Source: Eimeria praecox
Taxonomy: Eukaryota
Direction of reading: 5' to 3'
Assembly (NCBI GenBank): GCA_963920595.1
Contig: OY986947.1
Span: forward strand, 3,906,001-3,970,000
DNA: 64,000 bases
Position numbers and translations under genes: made by a program. The notes under the pieces were generated by a model. That model saw only the letters and a program-made list of their open reading frames with translations. It made no database searches and was not told the DNA's origin. Shown here piece after piece: positions 43,200-54,736 of this stretch (the first letter of the stretch is position 1; each line of letters begins with the position of its first letter).

Positions 43200-46100
43200 A
43201 CAGCGGCAGCTGCATAGGGCAGCGATACCTTCCTGGGTAGTGATCAGCCCTTTCCTTGTCATCTTTCTATTTCTTTCTCCTTCTCGTTGGCGAGTTGGCA
43301 CATGAGGGCGTGCGCTGTGGCCATAGCCCCTGATCTTAACCAACGACTTCACGAGTTCCAGTAGAGTCGAATGCCTGAAGGGACAGCTCACAAAAAGCAG
43401 CTGATCTCCCTTCCAGCCTCCAGGCACCCTAGGCACAGCTGCCGCAGGACCTGGGCAGGTACGAGGGGATACGGATACGACCATCATGGGCTGCAACGCG
43501 CCTTGCTGCAAATAGTAATGCAAGGCAACCCCAAATGTACACGCAGCCAGTACCCATTTGCTGCATGTGCTAATACTGTAGACTGAAGTGCAGACTTCCT
43601 TTAAACACTCATTTGAGCCTCCGTAGTCAGCCTACCATTCTCTCCCCTCTGCCTTAACCAGCACACGTCCTGCTGGGCATGATCGCCTAGAAAAGGGAGG
43701 GTGTACGGAGCCGGGGCTCATGTTATACTTACTGTTGCTGTAGCTGGTGCTGTTGTAACCGTTGCATCGGTTCCTCCTGCTCCATCAGCCGCATATCTGG
43801 TTGTTACTGTGGCATCCACTGCTGCTGCATCGCAGGTTGGTGGATTGGTAGTTGCTGCATCTTTTGTCCATGAGCTGCTGCAGCAGCACTCCAGCCCTGC
43901 TTCATGTGGCACCTCCCTTTGTGTTCGGCAATACGGAAATTTACCCAAGGGCGGTAGTTAAAGGTTTGAGACTTGCCTGTTTTTGCCGTATTTCTGTTCG
44001 GCCTTCGGTTCCCTCTTCATGATGTGGGGGTCGCCGATACCTCCGAACAAAGCATGAGGCTGCTCGGGGAATGAGCTTGATGCAATACGCTGTGCTTACA
44101 ACGGGCAGTCCGCCCGCTGAAAGCTGGAGTACGCCTGGGAACTCTCCCTTCACATTTTAGGCCTTTCTGCTGTTCCTTTGCTGTTGACTGGAAAGAATCC
44201 CACCGAATCGCGGTCTTCTTAGGATTATCACGATAGGATGCATGCATTTATCTTTCCTTTCGTGCAGGGCCTCTGAGGCTGAGCTGCGGGGAAGCCACCT
44301 CGCTCCTTTCTCCGTGGAGGACTGATTCTAGTCCCCCACCCTTAGAGGACGCAAATGCGGTTGGAAGTGCCGAAAGGTGCACTCTCTCAGCGGTTCCCAG
44401 CATACGCATCTCAACAGGGTCGAGTGGGGGCTGCGCACGCTCCCACCAATAAGTTAGTCACGGCATGTTTTAGGATTACGTCGCGCTGAACTGGTCAAAC
44501 ATAGAAACCACGTGTCAGAGTCAATATGAACTACTTAAGAGAGCTAGCACTTGGCACTCAACAGGATTACCGATCCTTGTATCATGTGTGCCATCCACAG
44601 CGTAGCGAGTGGGCTGGTTGCACTTCCTCGCCTTGGACTCATGTCCACCTCAGATCCTCTATCAAATAGCGCTAGCAACTCCTGACCGTTAATACGGAGT
44701 TGGATAAGCGCTGAGTTAACTCGATGAGGGCCTGCCGGTGAGGCTACAATCTTTTTCGGCTCCATCGCTGTGCTGCTGTTGCGCTCGGAGTTGGTTGTAG
44801 GGAGGGCGTCTTTTTGATCCTTTCGGTTCTTTCTTTCCGGATAGTTCTCCACGTTGTGCTTCCCCAATTTCTTTGTCTTTTTCATGTGCCTGCAGTCTCT
44901 GATAATTGGGCTTTGTGTACTGCAGAATAGTAAGCAGGCTGCTCGATACTGCCTCTGTGCTTTCTGAGTGCCGAATTCGCTGGTTGACGTAGGTTACCGC
45001 TTTTAGTCCATTTCTGGGATGGCCTCGCGCTCACAGCCCCAATATACCTATGCTTAAGTCTTTGTCGTTTCCAAACCCGATTTCTTGCTTTTCAGCTAGG
45101 GGTGTCGAAGTGGTGTTTTTTCTTCTTCCTACGTGAACGTACACGACCCTCTTAGCGAGTTCAACTCTCTCACCACTTAGCTTTCCATTTGCCGCCCATC
45201 CGGTTGCCGATTGCCTCGCTTTGTGCCCTGCTAGGAGCTGATCATCTATGAGCTCCTGGTCCACCACTGAACTTCTGTTCACCAATGGCTGATACTTCCC
45301 AGTGTAGTGGTGTTTTTTCTTCGTCCTATGCGCAGGTACTTCACCCTCTTTATTTTTTACCGTTCCTCCACAGACGGTTCCCATGCAGACCTAATAAGCC
45401 TTCATCGCAAAGGATCCCGAAAGGCTTTCATTGCCCTGATACGCTCCGCGAAAACCAACTTTTGCCTAGATGTACTCACCAACGTCTTTCATCCTCTTTT
45501 AATACGGAATATTGCAGTAGCAACTGGAGATCTTTTAGTACGCTTTGAATACGAAGGGACAAGCCGAGGAAACAAAGGAATTCCTGTACTGCCTTCGCAT
45601 GGGGGCACCCGTCATATCTGGATGGTCGGTGTAGGCGGAGGCATTCTTCATAAATTGTTCCTTGTAAAGATGCGCTTTTCACCTGGTTATATGCGGAAGT
45701 AGAGCTTACTTTTGCTTGTCTAGGCTCCCGACCGTGGGCTGCCTCCCCACCAAAGGGTAGAGCATGCGGCCAAAGGGCAGAGCATGGCCGGCAGCCGTTA
45801 AGCACGAGGAAAAAGTTGAGGCTTTAACAGGGACTCTCAGAACAAAATGTTAAAGGCCTTGCTTCCCTGCCCAGTTATTGCTACACACTGTGCAGTCCCG
45901 CTGCGCGGGTGGCTTTAGTTGATCGCGCCTGCCCAGGTGAGCCACGCGGTGATACCAGCTGCAAAGCAAATCCTTGAACTTAGCCGAGGGGTGTTTTGAG
46001 CTGCGATAGAGTCAAAATCGTTGACGCAAGAGCCCGAGAGAAGCAGTTGAATTTCCCTCCAGCCTTCAGGCACCAAAAGCAAAGTTTCCAAAGGAAGGGG

Positions 46101-46330
46101 TTGGCAGCGATACGGACAGTCCCGTAATGAGCTGCAGCGCACCTCGCTGCAGCAAGCGCTGCAAGGCATCCCTTTGTACCCATAGAACAAACACCCCTTC
46201 TTTGCATGTTTTAGCATTGTAAACTGAATGCAAACTGTCTTTCAATAGATGTTTGATCCTCGGCAATCAGCCTGCAAGCAAGTAGGACATGGTAAGAGGA
46301 CCAACACCAAGCAGAGCATGCAACAGATGA
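43200..46330 (-). mobile_element. Decayed, internally deleted LTR retrotransposon (LTR-like / gag / protease / 3' region / PPT / LTR-like)
   Basis: Protease-like LIQLRINGQELLALFDRGSEVD (~44640-44710) and gag-like RPSRYDG (~45610). A purine tract AGAGGGGAGAGAA (43638-43650) directly precedes a repeat copy. Same-orientation repeat copies lie at ~43400-43637 and ~46050-46325. Many stops and frameshifts. Confidence 0.65.
43650..44570. repeat. ~0.9-kb dispersed duplication, copy 1 (copy 2 at ~55245-56175)
   Basis: Near-identical sequence and ORF translations (MHASYRD[N/D]PKKTAIRWDSFQSTAKEQQKGLKCEGRVPRR...) at both loci in the same orientation. Confidence 0.95.
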
Positions 46331-47260
46331 AATGACGAACACAGTTGGCTCATGAACATGTTAGCAGGCTCAAGCGTAGCACTTTTGCGACTCATTGTTG
46401 GGACGTATGCACAACACTGGATGTTCGTGAAGGCGGCTGATTGCAAATGGACCGAATCAGTAACTATTTCGCTCTTCTTTAGGCTTCAGTGGAAGCAGAA
46501 ATTACAACCCGAGCTGCAAGAGCTCCAGGGGCAAACTACTACGCAGCACGAGAAGCAGCAGTAAGAGATGCCGCAGAAAGAAGAGATGGTGTAGCAGAAG
46601 CGCCCAGCATCGCGGCAGCACCATTCGCCCCGAAAGCCTTCCTACTGGTCAATCCACCCCCCCCCCTCGGCAAACAGTCACATGAGGGTTTGTATTCCTT
46701 GGAAGCGTCGATTTCAGATGTAATGCGGCCTTTCAAATCGATGCTTGTGTTTCTACTGGCGTCGAAGCTTCCTACTGAGAACCAACTATGCGCTCAGCTA
46801 TTGTCTCTAGTGTTGGCCCGTTCATCAAAGACGAATTAGAGTAACCTAGCGTGGGTGAAGGCTTTCAGCAGGAGCTGCAGGAAGGTTTCTTGAAAACCTA
46901 TAATGTCTCGGCTTCTCCCAGCCCCGAAGTAGAGTCAAAAGACTACATATAAGGGTTCCTCAAAAGCAACTGACCTTAAATTCAGCATTAACGCGTCGTG
47001 AGCAACAGCACAATGGCCTGGAGCTGGTGCGGACGGGAGCCCTCGGGTGCCACTCTGCTGCGACTCTCGTTGCAAATCCTGACGCAAAGTAACCCCACAT
47101 CCAAGTGTGCTCAAACACCACCATCCTCCCTGCACAGGCACTGTGGATTCTCGTTAAACACTTACTTGGCCCTCAACAGGAAGCTTTCACGCAAGCAGAA
47201 ATATACGTGCCCACTCCAGGCAGCCCATGCTACACAAGCGCACTATCTTTAATGGATATG

Positions 47261-47348
47261 ATGAATTTACCTCACATCAGTCCAAGGTGTTAGCCTTAAT
47301 AATTATGAATTTACATCACATCAGTCCAAGGTGTTAGCCTTAATAATT
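47261..47348. repeat. 44-bp tandem duplication
   Basis: atgaatttac[c/a]tcacatcagtccaaggtgttagccttaataatt twice, one mismatch. Confidence 0.9.
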
Positions 47349-47855
47349 ATGCGGCCGCATTTCCACGCTGCTCGCCATCCTGTTCACAGCAAGGTGTCTC
47401 ATGGCTCCGTGTGTATATTTATCGGATTAGAAGGTGCTAGCCGAGCCTCCTCGTAGGAGTTCTCGTGCAAGACAAGATCAAAACGGATGACATATTTGGA
47501 TGTGCGGTATTTTGTTTGAACTGTCTCTTTACACTCGAACAAACAGCCGGTGAATCCCCCCCAACTGCCACAACAGCGCGCGCAAAGACCCTCGAGGAAC
47601 GATTGCAAGTGCACTGCTCACCCACCAATATGCATCCCGTGGGAAAACCAAATTTTGCATTACCAAAACGTATGGCAATTTCTAAAAATAAAGGAAGGAC
47701 CAGCGGTTGTAGTATATACACTTAGCCCGTCGGGCATCCCATCGCGTTTTCTGGCTGGAGCTCTAGGGCTTGCTGATGCGAGCGGCCTATGGACATACAA
47801 TCCGGTTGAAGTGTACGTTTGTAGAGCATGTTTTAGTTTATGCTGCTCTTATAAA

Positions 47856-48765
47856 ATGGCGAGATCTACACCGAATCCCCTCCTGACGGACAGTGAGCCG
47901 GGGGGGCATTTTTTCGCGGACATGCTCTTCCGTGGCGCTGTTCAGTTCAAGGATGCTCTTCTTAATGGCAATCCAGTAGCTGTAGCTACCGTGTAAGTTT
48001 CCATCTAGCGAAAATTATAGCACCTGATTTCAGCTGAACTCTGTCTCCACACCATTCCTATCGGCTTATTGAGGCGGCGCAGCCGAGTTGACGGTGGATG
48101 CAGTTTCATCGCCCGTACAATGGGCCGTCTATTCATGCCATTCCTTTGTATTATCACTAGTGAAATGGGCCAGTGCTTAGCAAAAGACGCAACTGTGGGT
48201 ATAGCGGAGTACGAATGCCCGGGCAAGCGTGCTGCGTATTGCGGCGAATTTCGTGAGGGAGCTTACGCTTGCTTTATCTGTTTTCGTAGGGGCATCCTTT
48301 CTTTCGTCTTCCTAACAGTGGCGGCGCGATGTACGTATTCGCTTCGGTCATCAGCTTCATCGACGGACCAGAAGGTATGCGGTTCACGAATAGACGGAAG
48401 CGGGGTAACTCGTTGTGTGGACCCTGGCCGATGGATTTTATGTAGGAGTGCACCTCGTTACACGATCTATGAATGCTTTTTGTATATTGGGTGCATCTCA
48501 GAGGAGCACGAGTAGGCGTCGTCGCAAACCTTCGGGGGGTGTGGGCAACTCTCCCACAAAGCAGGCAGCAAACCAGTCAGCGCAAGCTAGGAAGCCGCCA
48601 AAGAAAACAGAATGTGAAACAGAAGCTTCATCAAATGCATCAGTTGCGAGAACACAAGAAGAATTACATTCACAAGAGCTTGGTATGAACCAGGAGCAAG
48701 AAGATGGAGGCGGAGATTGGTTCGTCGTCGCCAGCAAAAAGAAGCCCAGGCCGAAGAAGGCGTGA
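47856..48765 (+). CDS. Small single-pass membrane protein (161 aa, 3 exons) with a basic disordered tail
   Basis: AAAATGG start. Exons 47856-47992, 48290-48374 and 48502-48765 are phase-consistent with strong donors (GTAAGT, GTATGC). Splicing creates TM VAVATVGILSFVFLTVAA, and the protein ends DWFVVASKKKPRPKKA. Confidence 0.7.
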
Positions 48766-49342
48766 ACTGCTTTTAAGGGGAAGCTGGCTGTTCAGCCATC
48801 TTCGTACAAATGGCAATACATGGTTTAGCGGCATAAACAAGGACTCATAGCATGTCCCTTTTTTTCAGTTCAGCTGAGGACCGAGGAAGTAATCCCTCCT
48901 GTACTGCATGCACGTGCGCGAGCGCTGCCCCCGTCAAGCACACGGCCTGTGCAGATTTGCACTTTTTATATAAGCGCCTAATACATCAGACACTCGGGAT
49001 TCACGTACTGCCAATTCAGAAACAAAGCGCGCGGCCAGGATGACACCCGCCGTGTTGTTGAGGCATCCATGCTGTCCCCAGCTCCATGCACTCGCCTTTG
49101 GAGTTCCATGCGGAGAGCAACAATAAATGGATTTCCACACTATCTCACATTTTGTGGGATGCTTTGGCGGGTGCGCTTTGGTAGGATAGGACAGGTTGTT
49201 CAGCAGAGCATTGCAATGGTGGATACTGTTCACACTGACGTATATGGCGGATGCGAAGATGCGTTGATGAGTGAGCTGTGTGTGAATGTCTCAAGCCTCC
49301 TGGTTGCAGAGGGATTGGCAGTATAGACAGGCCAGCTGCTAG

Positions 49343-49391
49343 ACCTAATGCGCCGAGCAGGCTTCAAACCTAATGCGCCGAGCAGGCTTCA
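49343..49391. repeat. 25-bp-period tandem duplication
   Basis: acctaatgcgccgagcaggcttca occurs twice. Confidence 0.85.
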
Positions 49392-50290
49392 GCATCCTTT
49401 AGTTCCTGCTTAACAGGCAGCATCATTGATGGCGCGATAGAGAGTAGCTAATGGGCCATAAGGGCGTCTATGCGAAGGTCTGCAGATAAAGCAGCAATTA
49501 AGTCCCGGGGTGCTCGTTGCATATTGAGCTGTCCGTCAACTCAGTCCGATGCACACTTTGTACATTGTTTGCTCGCTTTAGGGCTGCCTTGGACAGGGGT
49601 TGCTTTTCAAATAAATTGCTCTATATTTCTGTGCTCAATAACTCTTTTAGACCAGTGCGGGGGGAATCCGCCAGCAGACTTGATGTTTGATCGCCTCTCT
49701 CCAGTGTGTCGCTACACACTGCTGGGACGCCTGTTTCGCTTGATGGTCCAAACCACTGAAACTCTACGAATACTCGGCAACTTACGATCACCTGTTCAAC
49801 CTTAATTTCGCTCAAGAAGTATAATATTCTTTTCAAGTTGTGGACCTGCGCCAGGTTTGCATTGGACCGGGGGTCGAACTCCACAGGCTGTCGAGAGACA
49901 GCGGCACCTCGGGCCACTCCTGCATGACTAACTAGATCCCTTAGAGAAGTGACATATCCATTTAACTTTTTTATAGTGGTTAATCATGCCGAATGTTCAG
50001 CTGCTCGATCTTAATATCTGTGTAAGATCGCCGTTGCCGGGCTGTCGCGTGGGGCCCGGCTCCGCAATGTATCGAGCTTCATGGCATTTTGATGCGTAGC
50101 CGGTGGAATATCCTTCATTCATGGGGAAGGAAACTGTTTTAATACTCGTTGAAGCGCTCGAGTAAGGTGGGATCCTCGAGGTGCTCTCACAGAATACGGA
50201 ATCGAACAGTGTACAGCTGACCCGAACTCTACGCAACACGGGAAAGTTGTGCATTTGCTTCTCCTTGTTGCTATAACATCCCGTATAGCC

Positions 50291-51498
50291 ATGGTTAGTC
50301 TGTTTGCCCTTTTGGAGAAACCGTTGGCCTTCCGTTAGTAGGGAGGACCTTGCGCTGTGGGCATTGCTGCGTTGCGTGGTGCAGACCAACGAATGTATGG
50401 GTGTGTTTCTTCTTCCGCGCAGGGAAAGGCAAAGAAGACGCGCAAGTTTGCTGCAGTAAAACGAACGATTAATCCGAAGGATCATCGGCTGTAAGATACA
50501 AGTTGAACTCTCCCTATGACGTCATATTAGCGGTTTGCCGATGAAGTGCGGAAGTGTCTGCATGCTGTGTAATAACCTCTGCTTCAGGCAAAATAAGGGA
50601 GTAAAGAAGGAGAAGAAACGAAAGGAGAGGGAGGCAGCTCTAAAGGAACAGTAAGCATGCATGTGATCTGCCGGTTGGACCCAACAGACATGCCCAACCG
50701 CAATATTTGGGGAGTGGTTTAGGATGCTGTTACGGAGAGAGAAATAGAAGCAACATGGAATGTACGCTGCTCTCTGTCTTCGCAGCGTTCAGCACAATCC
50801 TGACCAGTTCTTTAGTTACAACACGAATCTGGTGCCTCCGTATCAAGTGCTAGTGGACACGAACTTTATCAATGGGGCTATCCAGACCAAGCAAGACGTA
50901 CTGCAAGGCCTTATAACTTGCCTTGTAGCAAAATGTAAGGATAAGTAGGCTCGTGAAACAGCATAGCCATTCTTTTGAAAGGCGCATCAGCGAGCGCTTC
51001 ATGCGCCCTTGCTCCTTGAAATCCGCCTACTTCTATTAGGCTTCCCCGCTTCGTGTGCCGTTTGCTCAAGGCGATGTATGCGTAACGGACTGCGTGGTGG
51101 CGGAACTCGAAAAACTTGGCCATAGGTACCGGTTAGCCCTTCATTTGGCGAAGGATCCGCGGATAAAAAGGCTTAAGTGTCTGCATGCTGGGACTTACGC
51201 TGACGACTGCATCGTGCAGCGGGTTACAGAGGTATGCTCTTGTCAGGCCCTTGAATACGGCACGTGTATGTGAATTCCCCTTGTGGTGAGGCAGGCGGAC
51301 GCATGTGCATGTGTCTGTACAACTGATCAGCACAAGTGCTATTTGGTGGCAACGAACGATAAGGATTTGAAGCGTCGCATCCGCAAGATTCCAGGAGTGC
51401 CCATCGTATATTTGAAGGGGCGGACGTTCGCGGTTGAACGGCTCCCAGAAGCAATCACGGCGCTGCCTGCTGCCAAGTCAGCAATTCCGAAAATGTGA
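50291..51498 (+). CDS. FCF1: rRNA-processing PIN-domain endonuclease FCF1/Utp24, 203 aa, 6 coding exons
   Basis: Exons 50291-50293 (ATG only), 50423-50490, 50588-50650, 50786-50934, 51071-51231 and 51331-51498. [56 protein letters not shown] and [19 protein letters not shown] are canonical FCF1. Confidence 0.96.
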
Positions 51499-51941
51499 AG
51501 GAGGACAAGGAGGAGGGGGACGCGGGAGAGAGGGTAAGCACTGGGCACAGGGCACGACTGCCACAAGGCTGTAGAGCATTTGCTTCCTGGAGAGCACCTA
51601 TATGCCTGTGTGGTAGTTGGAGAGTTGCCGGCGGTTGGACTCCGTGGGTCCGGCTTCTTAACCCGAACGGGTGCATTCCCGGTTGACTTCTGGCTAGTCT
51701 GCCGACTGGGCAGCGGCGATCACGCAAGCAGGGTAGAACATTTTTGCATATGGATCGGTGCCGAACAAAGGCAAGTTTTACTTTAGTACAGAAAAGCTGC
51801 GAAGACGCTGAGTGGAAGCTGCCTGGCCCTGCTGTTGAACAAGAATTGCATCAAGCAATTAGCAATGCTTGTCCAAGCTGGTGTGTTTTCCTGGTCTGCT
51901 CGTTAGAAGTTAAGGAGATGTGCAAACTGGTAGTGTGCACC

Positions 51942-53954
51942 TTAAAACGCATTGCCCCAGTCCACCTTTAGTGGGCCCTTAGGAAGCAAAGGGCTTGGCC
52001 AGAACACCGGTGTGTACCAGGCTGCCTTCGTGCGATAGCATTGCATTACAAACCCAGAACACAGCACGAAAATCACAGCAGTTACGACGAAAGTTGCTGC
52101 TGATAGGTGCCGCCGCCACCAAGCATCGCTGTCGGAGAATACGCCATCCTCTGACGTCTTTCCTGGACGAATATTTGGATTGCTTCTATTTTCGTCAAGG
52201 CTGGGAATGGGCCTGCCGCTGACTTGCTTACTTGAGACAGGCAGTCGGACAAGAAGGAGGGCTGCCAGAGAAGCCAATGTTGAGCAACACGAAAGAGACA
52301 CTCCCTCCAACATGAACTGCGCTCGCGAAGTGGGCGCCAACAGCACATACCGCATATTAGCCTCGTCGTAACCCGCAAAAGGCACGGAATGAATTACGCT
52401 AAAAATCAAGCCACCGCTGCACAGCGTGTAGGCGACCACCCCGCCTACTGGTACGATCCACTGATTCGTGCGTAGGAGCGGCACCCCCTTTAGAAACAGC
52501 CACCATGCGAACAGCAGCAAGAGCGGAAGCAACAATAACAGAAAAGCGCGCTTCGTCTGGACCTGAACCTGCCTGTCTTCCGGGGCATACGCAACATTTC
52601 TGCATCCACGCACATCACAATATTTGGCAAAGTACGACCGGCATGGCTTCCCGAAGGCCAGTTCGAATCGCATTCAGTTAATGAACCAAGACAATAAGTC
52701 TTCAGCAGTAAAGAATGAAGAGAAAAACTTGCCTCATTGTGCGGGTGTTTACCCATTCAAGAAGCCGTTGTTCCGGTGGAGCTTCGTTCTTGAGGCGTTG
52801 TAAGAGGAATAACTGGCTTTGGGAGGGGGTGAAAAAGTGCACTTTTCCTCGAATATTGTCACGTTCTTGCTGCTGAAGCAGGTTAGTTAGCATTTTATCT
52901 TCGTCGTCATCCCATCCATCCCCAAGTGCGCCGCCAAAGAATTCCGCAGCTATTATTCGGTGGCGTGCAGCAGACAAACTCTGTCTGGATGTACGCGAGA
53001 CTGAAAGCCCCCCCTCTTCACCTGAACAACGGGGATCTTCATGGCTGCTGCAGAAGCCACGGGGAGCTGTGGGGGGCAAGTGCATAACTATGGGGATTTG
53101 CATCGCTGGATGAATCGCGGATATTCCAGCCCCGTCTCGTGTTCCAATATTTACAATGGCAAAGAAGACAGGCAATGCATCTTCATTTCCTGGTGATGAG
53201 TCTAAACAGCCAGCGAATGCATGCGCACGCAAGACAGACACGATGTTCAGGATGAACAAGAAACAGAAAGCAAATCACCGAAGCACAAAAGGAAACAACT
53301 TGACACACGGTGGAAAGCTGAAGGTCAGCAGCTTCTCCGAATAGTCCCACCTGATATCTTGTAAGCTTTCGACAGTTCGCGAAACGCCAAAAAAGCGGCT
53401 GAACAGTCCTTGCACCTGCTGCCAAGGCTTTGTGCAATTTCTTCTGTGCGCCCTTCAACGAAGGTGAATAGGACGAACATGTGGAATGGTCGGGGCCCTC
53501 CGACACTCCCAAGTGGAATCTCTGCTATTTGGTCTGGTCTTAAGGGTGAACTGAAGCGATGCAACGGCATTCGCTTCAAGTCATAGGCTGTTACTTCCGC
53601 GCTGGAGAGCACAAGCGCGTGAGTTAGGTACGCCATATATTGTAAATCAAACAGCCCATCTGCAGAAGACTGCCGAAAACGCAGCAGGTCGTCCAATGCA
53701 TGCAATGAACCAAACCTCCCCCCATCCTGCCCACCTGTCCCGACGGTGGATGCCAATACCTTTTCTCTTAATATAGCTGTGTTATCCCCCTTATTCCGGT
53801 GAATGATGGCACTATTCACGGGTATATATCCATCTGGAGTTCCTGATGTCGGCAAGATACCAGATGGCTCACTCGCAAATGCTGGGAAACCACAGAAAGA
53901 CGCAGCCCATGAAGACAGCACCAACAGCCGCCAAAAGTACAAATGAGGCAGCAT
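51942..53954 (-). CDS. OST3/OST6-family oligosaccharyltransferase subunit (TUSC3/MAGT1-like), ~3 exons
   Basis: Signal peptide, FHMFVLFT...CKDC thioredoxin-like CxxC region and four C-terminal TM helices with SGGLIFSVIHSVPF and SRAQFMLEG motifs. Exons lie approximately at 53954-53350, 53210-52730 and 52600-51942; exact junctions are uncertain. Confidence 0.8.
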
Positions 53955-54736
53955 CCCTCTCGTATGCCCCTACTTAACCAATTCTTGTCTTGTGTAGGAC
54001 GGAAAATTCCACGCAGGAACCCTTTCCCCCAACAGCTAGGTCATGGGAGTTGTTCACAGAAGAGCTGCGCTGGCATATCTTGTCATCTGTTGGGTATGAT
54101 ATTTAGCATGAACCTCTATCTCAACAGAAGGATAATGATCTTTCAGTTCGTCGCATTTCTCTGGCAACCCGGACGAACAATCCAAGCGCCGCCGACGCGC
54201 GATACGGTGCGGCGAACGAACGATCAGTAACGGGCAGAAAGACGTTCAATTTCACTGTGTTGAACCTACACGGCTTATATATATGTCGAATTTTGGACGC
54301 ACCTAAATGATACGTTCAATCTATTACTGCGAGGTATACACCGTGCCTCGGGCATACTAACGCCCGATGCATGCTCCTGAGCACTACGTGCAATTAGTCC
54401 CTGAATGCGCAGTCGGGAGGCGATAGGCTGGGTTGATCTTAAGGGGGCATTAACCTGGTGTTTTTCATTAATGAATCGAAATTAAATGCCTTTGTGCGAA
54501 GGGATCTTCTGTTCTCCACCGAGATATCATGCGGACGGTGCACGCGGGGGGGAGGATGGACTTGTATGCAAAATCCGCTAGCAGCCGTTTTTCAAAGCCA
54601 TGTTCCCTTTTCTACATGAGTTGCGCTCTCGTCGAAGTCTATGGGATTATCGTGCAAATATTAATTCACCTTCCCAACCCCGTGTTGTATCAATGCGCTA
54701 AAATGTCGTATGGCCTGCCTGGAATCGGCATTGTAA

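Noticed and set aside
43400..43620. Dispersed repeat as SAG surface-antigen pseudogenes
   Set aside because: Translations lack the Eimeria SAG cysteine pattern and signal/GPI features, and the association with purine tracts and gag/pol fragments fits an LTR better.
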